From: Sphingobacteriales bacterium | Lineage (GTDB): Bacteria; Bacteroidota; Bacteroidia; Chitinophagales; UBA2359 | Assembly: GCA_016711285.1 (NCBI GenBank) | Contig: JADJTG010000014.1 | Span: forward strand, 311,333-375,332 | Direction of reading: 5' to 3' | DNA length: 64,000 nucleotides | Shown here: in pieces, positions 20,805 through 31,509 of the stretch | Layout of the letters: each line of letters opens with the position of its first letter | How positions within the stretch are numbered: position 1 is the stretch's first letter | The notes under the pieces: generated by a model | What the model was told of the DNA's origin: nothing | Databases searched by the model: none | The model's input: the letters and a program-made list of their open reading frames with translations, nothing else | Position numbers and translations under genes: made by a program

Positions 20805-22120
20805 GGGGACACCCATAAATGTGAGTCAGTATTTTATTCCTTTTATGACGATATTTTCGTATTGTTTTTTATTACAAATAATTAAAAATCAATATTTTAT
20901 ATGCGATTTTATCAATCAAAAGGGAATAATAAAGCTCAAGCATTGCAAGCATCAACAAAAAGTTTAAACTTTTCCTCGTATAAAACGAAATACCACCTCT
21001 TTAGAAAGCCCCAAACTTAGCAAGATATAAGATATTCTGTAATCTTGTAGTACTAATGCGAAATCAGATAAAATATGTTTACTTTTTGGGCAGGGTATTT
21101 TTATTTTTCAAACAATGGTTAGCTCTAATGTATTTTATATATCATAACAATATGAATATAGTTTTTTAAAATAAGAAACTTTGCGTTCCTATCTAAAATT
21201 ATGGCATATTCTCACATCTCTCCTATTTTTTGTTAGCTGTACAAAAATCAGAAATTGTCTCTTTCCTTCTTTTCAAAATAAAACACGAGAATATGTACCC
21301 AAACAGGACAGCTTTCGACAACAGCTTATGTGTTGCGAGGTTGAGTTATTTTTTGTTTTGATTTTTGTTCACTTACAATATAGTTCAATATTAATGATTA
21401 TTTTTGATAAATACATAAAAAACAGGATACTCTTATGTATTTATTTTGTTCAATATTATATCGTTCAATATTAATGATATAAAACATATTATAGCCTTTT
21501 TTAAAAGATTTTTGCATAGTAAATATAAATGCAAACATTTTTTTTTAAACTTCTTTTTACAAAACCACTTATTTTTTAGCAAAAAAACCAAAAAAGATGT
21601 CTTTCTGGCAAATTCCACACATTAAAAGGAAGCATTTTGAAATAAAAATCCACATAAACTCCCTTCTTTTAAGATTTATAGGTTATTATTGATAATCCCC
21701 CTTCCCTATAGGTATAAAGTCGCAAAAAAGCTATCTAACAAATTTGATTCTCTTAAAACACAAAAATCCTATTATTTTTTGGTATTACTTCTAAAAGAAA
21801 GAAGATGGAGTTTATTTTGGAGCAGCTATAAAGAATTAAAAATTTCGTCCTTCACAATGTGCCCTTTCATTCATCTGGGTTCGCGTTTTGATTTTATAAT
21901 TATAAGTGTTAGTTTTTTTTAAAAGCAGTATTTTTTATAAAATATAAATAAGAGTGAGCCTTCTTCTTGCAGGTATTTTATTTATTAAAAAGTTGATTTA
22001 AATTTTAATCTGGCATATCAAACAAATAAAAATCGAGCAGTTTTATAATCTTTCATCTTTTTAATTCAAACATTTATTTATATAACTGTATATACATTTG
22101 TATATACAATTATATAAATA

Positions 22121-22164
22121 AAAAATAACCCACTCTTATCTAAATTATTAAAAATGAGTGGGTT
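22121..22164 (-). terminator. Rho-independent terminator downstream of ribBA
   Basis: AACCCACTC / GAGTGGGTT inverted repeat with a T-run on the reverse strand, 10 nt past the ribBA stop. Confidence 0.6.
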
Positions 22165-22173
22165 ATAAATTTA

Positions 22174-23379
22174 CTATTTTAAAATTTCGTGATTGAGTTT
22201 ATCCCTTTTGGTGAGCAAATATTCTTTGTTGTGGGGATTTGGCAATACTTCGATGGGTACATTTTCAACGATTTGTAACCCATATCCAAGCAGCCCTACC
22301 CTTTTGCGCGGATTATTGGTCATTAAACGAATATTAGACACCTTTAAATCGCGTAAAATTTGTGCACCGATTCCATAATCGCGCTGATCTTTTTTGAAGC
22401 CCAGCTCCAAATTGGCTTCTACTGTATCTCTGCCATTTTCCTGTAATTGATAGGCGCGAAGTTTATTTAACAGACCAATACCTCGCCCCTCCTGATTCAT
22501 ATAGACAATAACTCCCTTGCCCTCGCGCTCGATAAGTTGCATAGCTCTGTGTAGCTGCTCACCGCAATCGCAGCGCAAAGAACCTAAAATATCTCCCGTC
22601 ACACAAGACGAATGCACACGAACTAATACCGCCTCATCAGGAGTCCACGAACCCTTTACCAATGCCAAATGCAAAGCACCACTTGTAATTTCGGAATAAG
22701 CTATTAACTGGAAATCGCCCCATTGTGTAGGCATTTTTACTTCTACCTCCCGATGAATCAGTTTTTCTTCTGCCAAACGATAAGCAACTAAATCACGGAT
22801 AGAAATGATTTTCATATCGTACTTTTCTGCCAGTTCCAACAACTGCGGCAAACGCGCCATGGTACCATCTTCATTCAAGATTTCGCAAAGAATACCAGCG
22901 GGTTTTAGTCCAGCTAAACGCGCCAAATCTACTGCCGCTTCAGTGTGACCAGTGCGACGCAACACGCCTCCATTGCGGGCACGAAGCGGAAAAATATGTC
23001 CAGGTTTGCCTAAATCCTCTTTTAGAGTATTTTTATCCGCCAATGCCAATACAGTTTTAGCCCGGTCGTGCGCCGAAATACCTGTTGTGCAACCGTGCCC
23101 CAACAAGTCCACCGATACTGTAAAAGGTGTTTCATGAAGGGCTGTATTTCGTGAGACCATCAAATTTAGGTCTAATTCATCACAACGACTTTCTTCCAAA
23201 GGCACACAAATCAAACCTCTGCCGTGCGTAGCCATAAAATTAATAAGTCTGGGTGTTGCCATTTCCGCAGCAGCTACAAAATCGCCTTCATTTTCACGAT
23301 CTTCATCATCTACCACAATTATCATTTTACCTGCCTTTATGTCAGCTATAGCAGCTTCTATTGAATTTAATTTATTCAT
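22174..23379 (-). CDS. ribBA: Bifunctional 3,4-dihydroxy-2-butanone-4-phosphate synthase / GTP cyclohydrolase II
   Basis: [26 protein letters not shown] (RibB half) and [29 protein letters not shown] (RibA half); 401 aa. Confidence 0.95.
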   Translation of the reverse strand: MNKLNSIEAAIADIKAGKMIIVVDDEDRENEGDFVAAAEMATPRLINFMATHGRGLICVPLEESRCDELDLNLMVSRNTALHETPFTVSVDLLGHGCTTGISAHDRAKTVLALADKNTLKEDLGKPGHIFPLRARNGGVLRRTGHTEAAVDLARLAGLKPAGILCEILNEDGTMARLPQLLELAEKYDMKIISIRDLVAYRLAEEKLIHREVEVKMPTQWGDFQLIAYSEITSGALHLALVKGSWTPDEAVLVRVHSSCVTGDILGSLRCDCGEQLHRAMQLIEREGKGVIVYMNQEGRGIGLLNKLRAYQLQENGRDTVEANLELGFKKDQRDYGIGAQILRDLKVSNIRLMTNNPRKRVGLLGYGLQIVENVPIEVLPNPHNKEYLLTKRDKLNHEILK

Positions 23380-23410
23380 AAATAAAACAATATAAAATAT
23401 TGATTATCAA

Positions 23411-24616
23411 TTAGTTATTGCATTTTATTTCATTATAAAATTTAATTGCTTTTTTAATTATTTCAGACCATTGATAATGGTCTTTTACCCATTGTTGTCC
23501 TGCTAATGCCACTTGTTTTCTTTTTTCTTTATCTTTTAATGCCTGCACTGTTTTCTGTGCAAAGGCAACTGCTGTATCTGCCAACAGCAATTGTTTATCG
23601 GGCGTAATTAATAATCCCTCAGCTCCGATATTTGTACTGACGACACATTTTCCCCAAGCAAACGCCTCTATAATTTTAACGCGGATACCGGAGCCTGACA
23701 ACAAAGGCACTATCATTATATCAAAATCTTTTACAAACTCTATCGCCGAAGGCACTTCACCACGCATTTCTACCTGTTTTATTGAGAGGGAACGCAAAGA
23801 CTCTGGCGGATTTTTACCGGCAATTACAAACTGTGCATCGGGTATTTGTTCCAATATTTTATACCAAACTTCATGAATAAACCATAATACGCCTTCTTCA
23901 TTGGGAGCCCATTCCAAACTACCTAGAAAACAAATATGGTGGCGGCTATGTTCTGTAGGTTCTATAATTTGTTCATTGTCAATACCCAAAGGAATAACGG
24001 AAAGAGGCACTTCGGGGGCTACTTGATGAATAAGGGCGGCATCTACTTCACTCAGCGCAATAATACCATCAAACAAAGGAAAGTTTTCTTGCTCGAAACG
24101 CTGAATATGCTTGCTAATTAAATACAGATATTGTCTGCGCAACCAATTTTTTTCAGAGTTATACAAACGCTTCCATATCAAATACTCTATGTTGTGTGCA
24201 CGCAGTACAATTTTAGATTGGGGTGCATATTTTCGTATAAGCGGCAGGTATAAAGCTAAATAAACACCTTCTAACTGAACAATATCAAATATATTTTTTG
24301 CTAAAATTTGCTGTAATTTATGTTGTGCTTCAGGCGTAAAAAAGCGTTTAGCAACATAAGGCATCTTATGAAACAAGCCCACAAATGCACCAAAAACAGA
24401 AATAGGGGCTTCTACATATACATCATATACTTCCTGTGCCAACGCTTGCAACGGCTCTATAGATTGATAGTGTTTTTTGGTATTCAGGCAAAAAAGCGTC
24501 AATTCACAACCACTTTGCGAGAGATACTTACTCATATAATAAGTAGCAATATTGCCACCATCATTGAGCGGATAAGGCACTCTGTTAGTAATTTGAAGTA
24601 CTTTTAAAGGTAACAA
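23411..24616 (-). CDS. Glycosyltransferase, GT4 (GT-B fold) family
   Basis: 401 aa. The C-terminal half contains the GT1/GT4-like block PLLSGSGIRVKIIEAFAWGKCVVSTNIGAEGL. It lies 31 nt upstream of ribBA on the same strand. Confidence 0.7.
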   Translation of the reverse strand: MLPLKVLQITNRVPYPLNDGGNIATYYMSKYLSQSGCELTLFCLNTKKHYQSIEPLQALAQEVYDVYVEAPISVFGAFVGLFHKMPYVAKRFFTPEAQHKLQQILAKNIFDIVQLEGVYLALYLPLIRKYAPQSKIVLRAHNIEYLIWKRLYNSEKNWLRRQYLYLISKHIQRFEQENFPLFDGIIALSEVDAALIHQVAPEVPLSVIPLGIDNEQIIEPTEHSRHHICFLGSLEWAPNEEGVLWFIHEVWYKILEQIPDAQFVIAGKNPPESLRSLSIKQVEMRGEVPSAIEFVKDFDIMIVPLLSGSGIRVKIIEAFAWGKCVVSTNIGAEGLLITPDKQLLLADTAVAFAQKTVQALKDKEKRKQVALAGQQWVKDHYQWSEIIKKAIKFYNEIKCNN

Positions 24617-24737
24617 TTAAACTATATTTTAACTTAACTTAAATAATTATAAAACAATATTTATCAATAACTTATAATAATATATTTACTTTAAAATAAA
24701 ATCAACTTTAAACATCAAGGCACTGAGCATTTTTTTA

Positions 24738-26400
24738 TTAATGATAAAGAAAATACAATAATTTTTCTGCAAAATTAATATTTTTTGCAGATTCCTTATC
24801 AAGAACAATTGTTTTCCATTCAGTACCTACTTCTACCCTTTTCCACTGACCATTATCCGATGTATTATATAAAAGCGGCATACTGAAACCGTTTACTTCA
24901 CTATGCCAGCGCACTTGAACTTCACATTTATTAATAATACGTTTTTCTAAACGCGGCGGCAAAGGATACTCTATATATTGTTTAAAAATTTTGCTCAAAT
25001 CAAGTCCGGTTTTGCGGTTAAAATAATCCAACAGCGTTTTATAATCAATTTGTTGTAATCTAAATTCCGTTTGAATCCCTTTTATCAGTGTATCCCATTG
25101 TTCATCATTATTAATAATATGACGCAAAGTGTTTAAAAACAAAGCCCCTTTTACATACATATCTCCATTACCTTCTTCGTTTACACCATAAACACCCAAT
25201 ATGGGCGAGTCATTGGAAATACGTTTTTTTTGAGCGTTCAGGTAATCCATAGCCAGCGAATATCCATATTTACACTCTATATATAAACCTTCGGCATAGG
25301 TACAAAATGCTTCATGAATCCACATGTCTGCAATATCACTGCACCCTACATTATTACCCCACCACTCGTGTCCGGTTTCGTGCAGAATGATAAAATCTTC
25401 GGGCAGCCCCAATCCCCACAAATCCACACCACTATACCCCTTTTGATAGTTGTTGCCGTAAGCAACAGCCCCTTGGTGTTCCATACCCAAGTAGGGGGTT
25501 TCTACCAAAGCAAAACCATCTTTTGGAAAAGGATATGCACCACAGGTCGCCTCTAAGCATTTGATAATTTCAAAAGTTTGTTTAAAATGTTCGCGTGCTT
25601 TGGACAAATTTTGCCGGAGCGGGTAAAAATCCAATGCAATAGTATCTCCGGAAACAGAATAAAAAGACTCCTGCCAGTGGGCATAATCTCCCACATTCAA
25701 AGTTACATTATAATTATTAATAGGATAAGAAATCCACCATTCAAAACGTTTTTGAGTAGATGAAATCGGGGTAATAGACCGCAAATTACCATTACAAATA
25801 GCAGATAAATGCGCCTGGCACTGTAACTGCTATACGCATACTGTCGGGTTCGTCACTCAAATGATCTTTATTAGGCCACCACAAACTAGCTCCTGTGCCT
25901 TGGCAAGCAATACCGAGCCAATCCTGATTATTTTTATCTTTTCTCCATACAAAGCCGCCGTCCCAAGGGGCATTTTTAGCAATAATAGGACTTCCTCGAT
26001 AAAAAACCTGAATATTTACAGCTTGCTTTGGATACAAGAGCATTGGAAAGTTTATCATAGTAGCATTTCCGTCACGTATAAAAGCTAAAGGTTGCTCATT
26101 ATACCTTATACTATCTATCAGCATATTGGCAAATAAATCTATTTGTATTTGCTGAGTAGGTTTTAATAGTATAAAGTCTATGTTGCACCAACCATCAATA
26201 CTTCTTTGCTCAAAATTTACCTCTATATTCAGATCATAAAATTTCACATCAAAACAAGAACGCAAAGCAGAAAGCGAACCTCGTAGCGTATCTTGATGAG
26301 AGAATTGTGTTTTTTGATGGGTTAATTGAGCATAAAGTAAGTTTTTTTTACTTAAAAATAAGTTTAAAAGCAAAATAATAGTAAAAAAACGCTTATACAT
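24738..26400 (-). CDS. M1-family (aminopeptidase N-like) zinc metallopeptidase, split by one frameshift near 25826-25835
   Basis: Track ORFs 25792..26400 (signal peptide plus N-domain) and 24738..25784 (HETGHEWWGN-X-WIHEAF, i.e. HExxH-X18-E) are consecutive parts of one protein. Changing GG to G at ...GTGCCAGGCGCATTTA... gives VPAHLSAICNGNLRSITPIS, which joins them. Confidence 0.8.
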
Positions 26401-26725
26401 TTTATTAAATTTAATATAAATTAAAAATTAAAATAAAACTAAAATATAAACTAAAATACTATAATGAATTATAAATCAATTGTTTATAAACAAATAAATA
26501 AACAAATAAATAAACAACATACATTATTATATAGGATTCAAATTATCCTTTGAGTAATAATAGGCAAATGGATGATTAAAAAATACAATTAATTAAACAC
26601 TTTTTATTAACTTGATAAAGTTAAATATTTTTATTAAGTTTAGTATTAATCAAATACTAAATTTCATTTTTACTTTATTTTGCATTAATATTAAAAATTA
26701 ATTTTGCTAAATAAAAATTTAACTT

Positions 26726-26733
26726 TATCTTTG
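26726..26733 (+). promoter_or_regulatory. Candidate -7 promoter box (TAtcTTTG)
   Basis: TAnnTTTG match 23 nt upstream of ATG 26756. Confidence 0.35.
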
Positions 26734-26755
26734 CCTTTATACAATTTAAGTAATT

Positions 26756-27373
26756 ATGAAAGAAGTTATCAAACAAAAGTTTAAAGAATCCTTTGACTAT
26801 TTAAACGAAAATACAACGCTTTTTAAGAACAAAAAAGCATTTGCGGAAATCATGGGAATTACGCCACAATTTCTGAGTCAATTATTAAATGATAACACAC
26901 CAATCCCACTAGAATTTTTATCAACGTATTTTACAAGATTTCCGGTAAATCCAGGGTTCTTTTTTAAAGGAGAAAGTAATATATTCATTCAAAATGCACC
27001 AATGGGTACTCCTTACGGATATAGCAGTTTTGATATTAATTCTCCGAATAATAATAGCGGAAATTATGCTCATTCAACTGCCTTCCCTCCTCCTCCTGCC
27101 TCGCCTCCCAAACAGGGTGCTTCCTATAATATGAATATACATAAATCTGTTGCCGGAGTTAACAGAGATATTTCAACACCCTCCATAAACGGTTCCCATA
27201 TCTCTGCTCCTTATGAAAGGGCAGCGGCGAATTATGCCTCATCTTATTTAAAAGATCCAATTGATTTAAGAAGCCTTAAAGAGTCTTTAGAACGTTTGTC
27301 TGCTGCTCATCAAGATTTGATGAATGTGATTTTACAGTTTGTAGATCAACAAAATCGCAGAGAAAGCATCTGA
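26756..27373 (+). CDS. Hypothetical protein with N-terminal helix-turn-helix-like segment
   Basis: KKAFAEIMGITPQFLSQLLNDN resembles an XRE-type HTH; the rest is low-complexity (Pro/Ser/Asn). Its stop overlaps the next gene's start (TGAGATG), suggesting an operon with the GT9 gene. Confidence 0.5.
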   Translation: MKEVIKQKFKESFDYLNENTTLFKNKKAFAEIMGITPQFLSQLLNDNTPIPLEFLSTYFTRFPVNPGFFFKGESNIFIQNAPMGTPYGYSSFDINSPNNNSGNYAHSTAFPPPPASPPKQGASYNMNIHKSVAGVNRDISTPSINGSHISAPYERAAANYASSYLKDPIDLRSLKESLERLSAAHQDLMNVILQFVDQQNRRESI

Positions 27374-27374
27374 G

Positions 27375-28448
27375 ATGAATATTGCCATTTACTGCCCCAC
27401 TGGCATAGGGAATTATATTTTAAAGACACCATTTTTATACACACTCCAAAAAACATACCCCCACAACAATTTATTTTTATTGGTTGAAGATGGTTTTTTA
27501 TTGAAAAATAATTTAGAAAATGATGAATTTTTTAATTTTAAATTAATTTTTTTTAATCAAAAATCTAAATTAAGTAAAATAAAGTTAATATTTAGTTTAA
27601 ATAAATTAAATATAGATTGTTTAATTTTTCCATTTGATGCTTATTCTTCTTTAAGTGTGTTTTGTTCATTATTAATGTTTATTCCTTTTAGAGTAGTACA
27701 TTATCATCCCGAAAAAATTTCTCTGACACAAAAGGTATTGTTTTTTTTTTCAGGTATTCATTTATTGCCCGCTACGAAATGGGTGCCGACGATAGGGCAT
27801 CGTCATGAGATAGACCTGAATTATGATTTGCTTCAAGCTATACATCCCGCTTACTTCAAGCGCACTTATACAACTCGCTTATATTTGCAGCCTTCACCTT
27901 CCACCCCCTCGTCGTTGTTTGGGTTGCGCCCCAAAACATATATTATAATACAACCTGCGGCGGCTAACGGAAACTATACAGCAAAGATGTGGAATCCTCA
28001 AAGCACCATTGAATTGCTAAAAAAGATTTCTGAGGAAAATATATTTACGGTATTAGTTGGAGATAACGGAGATGCGAACCTGCTCCAACCCTATTTAAAA
28101 GACTTGCCGGAGAATACATTAAATTTGGTTGGGAAAACAAATTTTAATGAACTTTTAAATATTATATATTATTCTAATTTAGTTATTTGTCACGACTCCG
28201 GTGTAATGCACATTGCTGATGCTCTTGCAGTGCCGCTCATCGCGCTATACGGACCCACAGATTACCATCGTACCCGCCCACTAAAAAACACCTCTAAGGT
28301 TTTAATAAGCTCTACTGATTTTACAATGGCGATGTTTAATTTCCAAAAAACGGAGGCAGATTTGGAAACACACAATAAAAACTTTAAAATGATGGGAGGA
28401 ATTAGCGTAGAAGATGTGTTTTGTATAGTAAAAGACATATTAACATAA
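27375..28448 (+). CDS. Glycosyltransferase family 9 (heptosyltransferase-like)
   Basis: C-terminal block LVICHDSGVMHIADALAVPLIALYGPTD is the GT9 signature; 357 aa. Confidence 0.75.
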   Translation: MNIAIYCPTGIGNYILKTPFLYTLQKTYPHNNLFLLVEDGFLLKNNLENDEFFNFKLIFFNQKSKLSKIKLIFSLNKLNIDCLIFPFDAYSSLSVFCSLLMFIPFRVVHYHPEKISLTQKVLFFFSGIHLLPATKWVPTIGHRHEIDLNYDLLQAIHPAYFKRTYTTRLYLQPSPSTPSSLFGLRPKTYIIIQPAAANGNYTAKMWNPQSTIELLKKISEENIFTVLVGDNGDANLLQPYLKDLPENTLNLVGKTNFNELLNIIYYSNLVICHDSGVMHIADALAVPLIALYGPTDYHRTRPLKNTSKVLISSTDFTMAMFNFQKTEADLETHNKNFKMMGGISVEDVFCIVKDILT

Positions 28449-28961
28449 TATATTTTACAAAAAAATAAAAAATAAATTTTAGTTATTTTTTATTAACATA
28501 ATATATTTAATTATTAAAAACAAAAGTATCGTTTTTTTAACTTTCTTCCTCTATCCCTCCTTTCATACTTGTTTGCAAAAAAGGCGATTAAAACGTCTTT
28601 GAGTGGGTTTTTACGTTATTTTCAGGTATCTTGTATTCAGAAGTTATATATTAAATTTTTTATTCTTAAAAAAAAGAAGCCAAATATTTAAACAACGCTA
28701 CCTCCTCTTCTTCTGAAATATTTTTTATATCCATAACAAGTTTTTATTTGTGGGTACATTTTTTACTGGTATTTGGAAGCCTATCTTTCTATACCATATC
28801 ATATAAAAAGGCTTGTATTCATAAACCCTATTTTTTTGTAAAAATATTTTAGTCGGGTTTTTAAATTATTAATACAAAAACCTATTACAAAAATTTATCT
28901 ATTGTTTTTATTTCTTATATTTGACAATTATTATTTTTGTTCACTATATATAAGAGTCTTT

Positions 28962-31220
28962 ATGAAATACATTTATTTTATTCTATTGGGTTGGTTCTGT
29001 ATAGATCTGCATATTTATGCTCAATCTGTATCCGAACATAATTTTATAAAAGCACAAAAAGAGGAGTTTCCGGTCGGGTTGAAAGATTACTTTGAAACCG
29101 CTTCGGTGTATCGGTTGGATATTAGCGATTTTTTGGAAGCCTTAAAAAAGAACAGGACAGATGTTTTTTCTCTAAGTTTTGAAGAAACACCCAATATTCG
29201 TTTTTACCCTGTTTACAAAAACATAACAAACGAACGTACTGTTGTACGATTGTCCACCGATAACGGCATTATTGAAGATGCTCCCACCCACCCTGTTTGT
29301 ATAGCCGGAGACTTGAGTGATAATAGTGGCTCTTATACCTTAACAGTGAATGAGAATTTTTTAGCCGGAAAAATAAAGCAGAAGGATAAGGTTTTTTACA
29401 TAGAACCACTTTGGCATTATTTGAAAGAAGCAGATAACAACTTATATGTAATGTATGAACCACAATATAGTGTATCAAAGGAAACGATACATTGTGCGGT
29501 GGAAGCTCAACAACAGCGTCAGCAATATTTTATAGAAAAACAACAAATGATGCCTTCCGGCTGCAAAGTGGTGGATATTGCTCTTGCCAGTGATTATGGG
29601 TTTTATCAACAACACCAAGGTTCGCCGGCAAGTAGCACCAATGTTCAAAACTGGTTGGTGGCGATGATTAATTTGGTGGAAACGGACTATGATACAGATT
29701 TTACTTATACACTGGAATTTAATATTGTAGAATATTTTTTGGAAACCACCGCTACTTCGGCGTGGACAACGAGTACAGAAGTAGCTGTTCTGTTATATGG
29801 CAACGGCAGCTACCCTTTTCCGACTAATAGTTTCGCGGGGTGGGCACCTACCGGATTTACACAAACAAATGATTTGGGACAATTGTGGACTTCCCGTAAT
29901 CTGACCTCCTCCGGCTCTACCGGTGTCACAGGTTTTGCTTTCAGTGCCCCGGGAGTATGTAGCAACTTCAAATACAGCGTCATAGAAGATATGCCCTATA
30001 CCATATCGGCGACACTTAATGCTGCACGTCACAACACCTCGCACGAAATTGGACATAACTTTACCGCCCAACACGATGGAAGTTCAGGATTTATTATGTC
30101 AGCATCTTTTAATATTGCCTCGCCCTCCACTACCTGGTCTTCTACATCTGTATCTGCTATTAATACAAAACTCGCAGCTGTAACTTGCCTGACTACTTGT
30201 GTTTCAGACACAGATGGTGATGGTGTTGCAGATACCAACGACAACTGCCCCTCTTTATCCAATACCAACCAAACCGACAGTGATAATGACGGAATAGGTG
30301 ATGTGTGCGATAACTGCCCCTCTTTATCTAATACCAACCAAACCGACAGTGATAATGACGGAATAGGCAATGTCTGCGACAACTGCCCCTCTTTATCTAA
30401 TACCAACCAAACCGATAGCGATAATGACGGAATAGGTGATGTCTGCGACAACTGCCCCTCTTTATCCAATACCAACCAAACCGACAGCGATAATGACGGA
30501 ATAGGTGATGTGTGTGATAACTGCCCCTCTTTATCCAATACCAACCAAACCGACAGCGATAATGACGGAATAGGCAATGTCTGCGATAACTGCCCCTCTT
30601 TATCCAATACCAACCAAACCGACAGTGATAATGACGGAATAGGTGATGTCTGCGATAACTGCCCCTCTTTATCCAATACCAACCAAACCGACAGTGATAA
30701 TGACGGAATAGGTGATGTGTGCGACACAGGTACTTGTATAAACGACACAACCCTTACTACTACAATAGCTAGTAACGATATTGTATTTATTGAAGCAATA
30801 GGTACGATTTCTTGCAACAGTAAAATTCATACAGGAGCTACATTGAGCCTTCTGAGTGAGAATCTTACTTTTCTTACAGATGGTTTTTGGGCACAATCAG
30901 GGAGTGACGTATTAGTCGGTTATCAAGTCTGCAGCAGCAATAAAAATACAGAAATGCCGGAGCTTGCAGCTACGGATATTATGTTTCCAAGCGTATATAC
31001 CAATAATAAATATTTAATTTTCAATGAGTTAAACACCGATGAACTGTATGAATTATGGATATATGACACCATGAAACGACCTTTACTATACGAAAAAATC
31101 ATTCCCTATACAACACAGCAATCAATATTGCTTCCCTCAATTCAAAGTACTCAAATTATATGGATTGTATTAAAAAACAGACAAAACGTATTAAAATATT
31201 ACTCTATTTTAATTCCTTGA
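28962..31220 (+). CDS. Secreted reprolysin-like (M12B-type) metalloprotease with 7 thrombospondin type-3 (TSP3) Ca-binding repeats
   Basis: Signal peptide MKYIYFILLGWFCIDLHIYAQS, zinc site HEIGHNFTAQHDG (HExxHxxxxxHD), then 7 copies of DNCPSLSNTNQTDSDNDGIG(D/N)VC. These are followed by a GFWAQSGSD module and a beta-rich tail consistent with a T9SS CTD. Confidence 0.8.
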   Translation: MKYIYFILLGWFCIDLHIYAQSVSEHNFIKAQKEEFPVGLKDYFETASVYRLDISDFLEALKKNRTDVFSLSFEETPNIRFYPVYKNITNERTVVRLSTDNGIIEDAPTHPVCIAGDLSDNSGSYTLTVNENFLAGKIKQKDKVFYIEPLWHYLKEADNNLYVMYEPQYSVSKETIHCAVEAQQQRQQYFIEKQQMMPSGCKVVDIALASDYGFYQQHQGSPASSTNVQNWLVAMINLVETDYDTDFTYTLEFNIVEYFLETTATSAWTTSTEVAVLLYGNGSYPFPTNSFAGWAPTGFTQTNDLGQLWTSRNLTSSGSTGVTGFAFSAPGVCSNFKYSVIEDMPYTISATLNAARHNTSHEIGHNFTAQHDGSSGFIMSASFNIASPSTTWSSTSVSAINTKLAAVTCLTTCVSDTDGDGVADTNDNCPSLSNTNQTDSDNDGIGDVCDNCPSLSNTNQTDSDNDGIGNVCDNCPSLSNTNQTDSDNDGIGDVCDNCPSLSNTNQTDSDNDGIGDVCDNCPSLSNTNQTDSDNDGIGNVCDNCPSLSNTNQTDSDNDGIGDVCDNCPSLSNTNQTDSDNDGIGDVCDTGTCINDTTLTTTIASNDIVFIEAIGTISCNSKIHTGATLSLLSENLTFLTDGFWAQSGSDVLVGYQVCSSNKNTEMPELAATDIMFPSVYTNNKYLIFNELNTDELYELWIYDTMKRPLLYEKIIPYTTQQSILLPSIQSTQIIWIVLKNRQNVLKYYSILIP
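30240..30722. repeat. 7 tandem copies of a 69-bp unit (coding TSP3 repeats)
   Basis: Unit GACAACTGCCCCTCTTTATC(C/T)AATACCAACCAAACCGA(C/T)AG(T/C)GATAATGACGGAATAGG(T/C)(G/A)ATGT(G/C)TG(C/T). Copies differ at only a few positions. Confidence 0.95.
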
Positions 31221-31509
31221 GAATAAATTAAAACAATTAATAAAAAAAATTTTTTAAATAATTATTTTTTTATTCTCAGGCACATTTAATTATAGTTATA
31301 TTACAATATGTATAAAAACACAAATTACTCCAATAAATAAATAAAAAAATCACAATTAAATCCGACTAACAATACTTTAATATAAAAAATAATATCTGTT
31401 TTTATACCATTTAGTTTTTTTACTCATATAATTGGTATTGATTTTGCATATAATGATTTTATAAGATATATGCATATATGCAAACTTAACAATTTTTATA
31501 AACAATTAA

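Noticed and set aside
23380-23410. Looked for an FMN riboswitch (RFN element) upstream of ribBA.
   Set aside because: Only 31 nt separate ribBA from the upstream glycosyltransferase gene, and I saw no RFN-like conserved core there or in 24617-24737.
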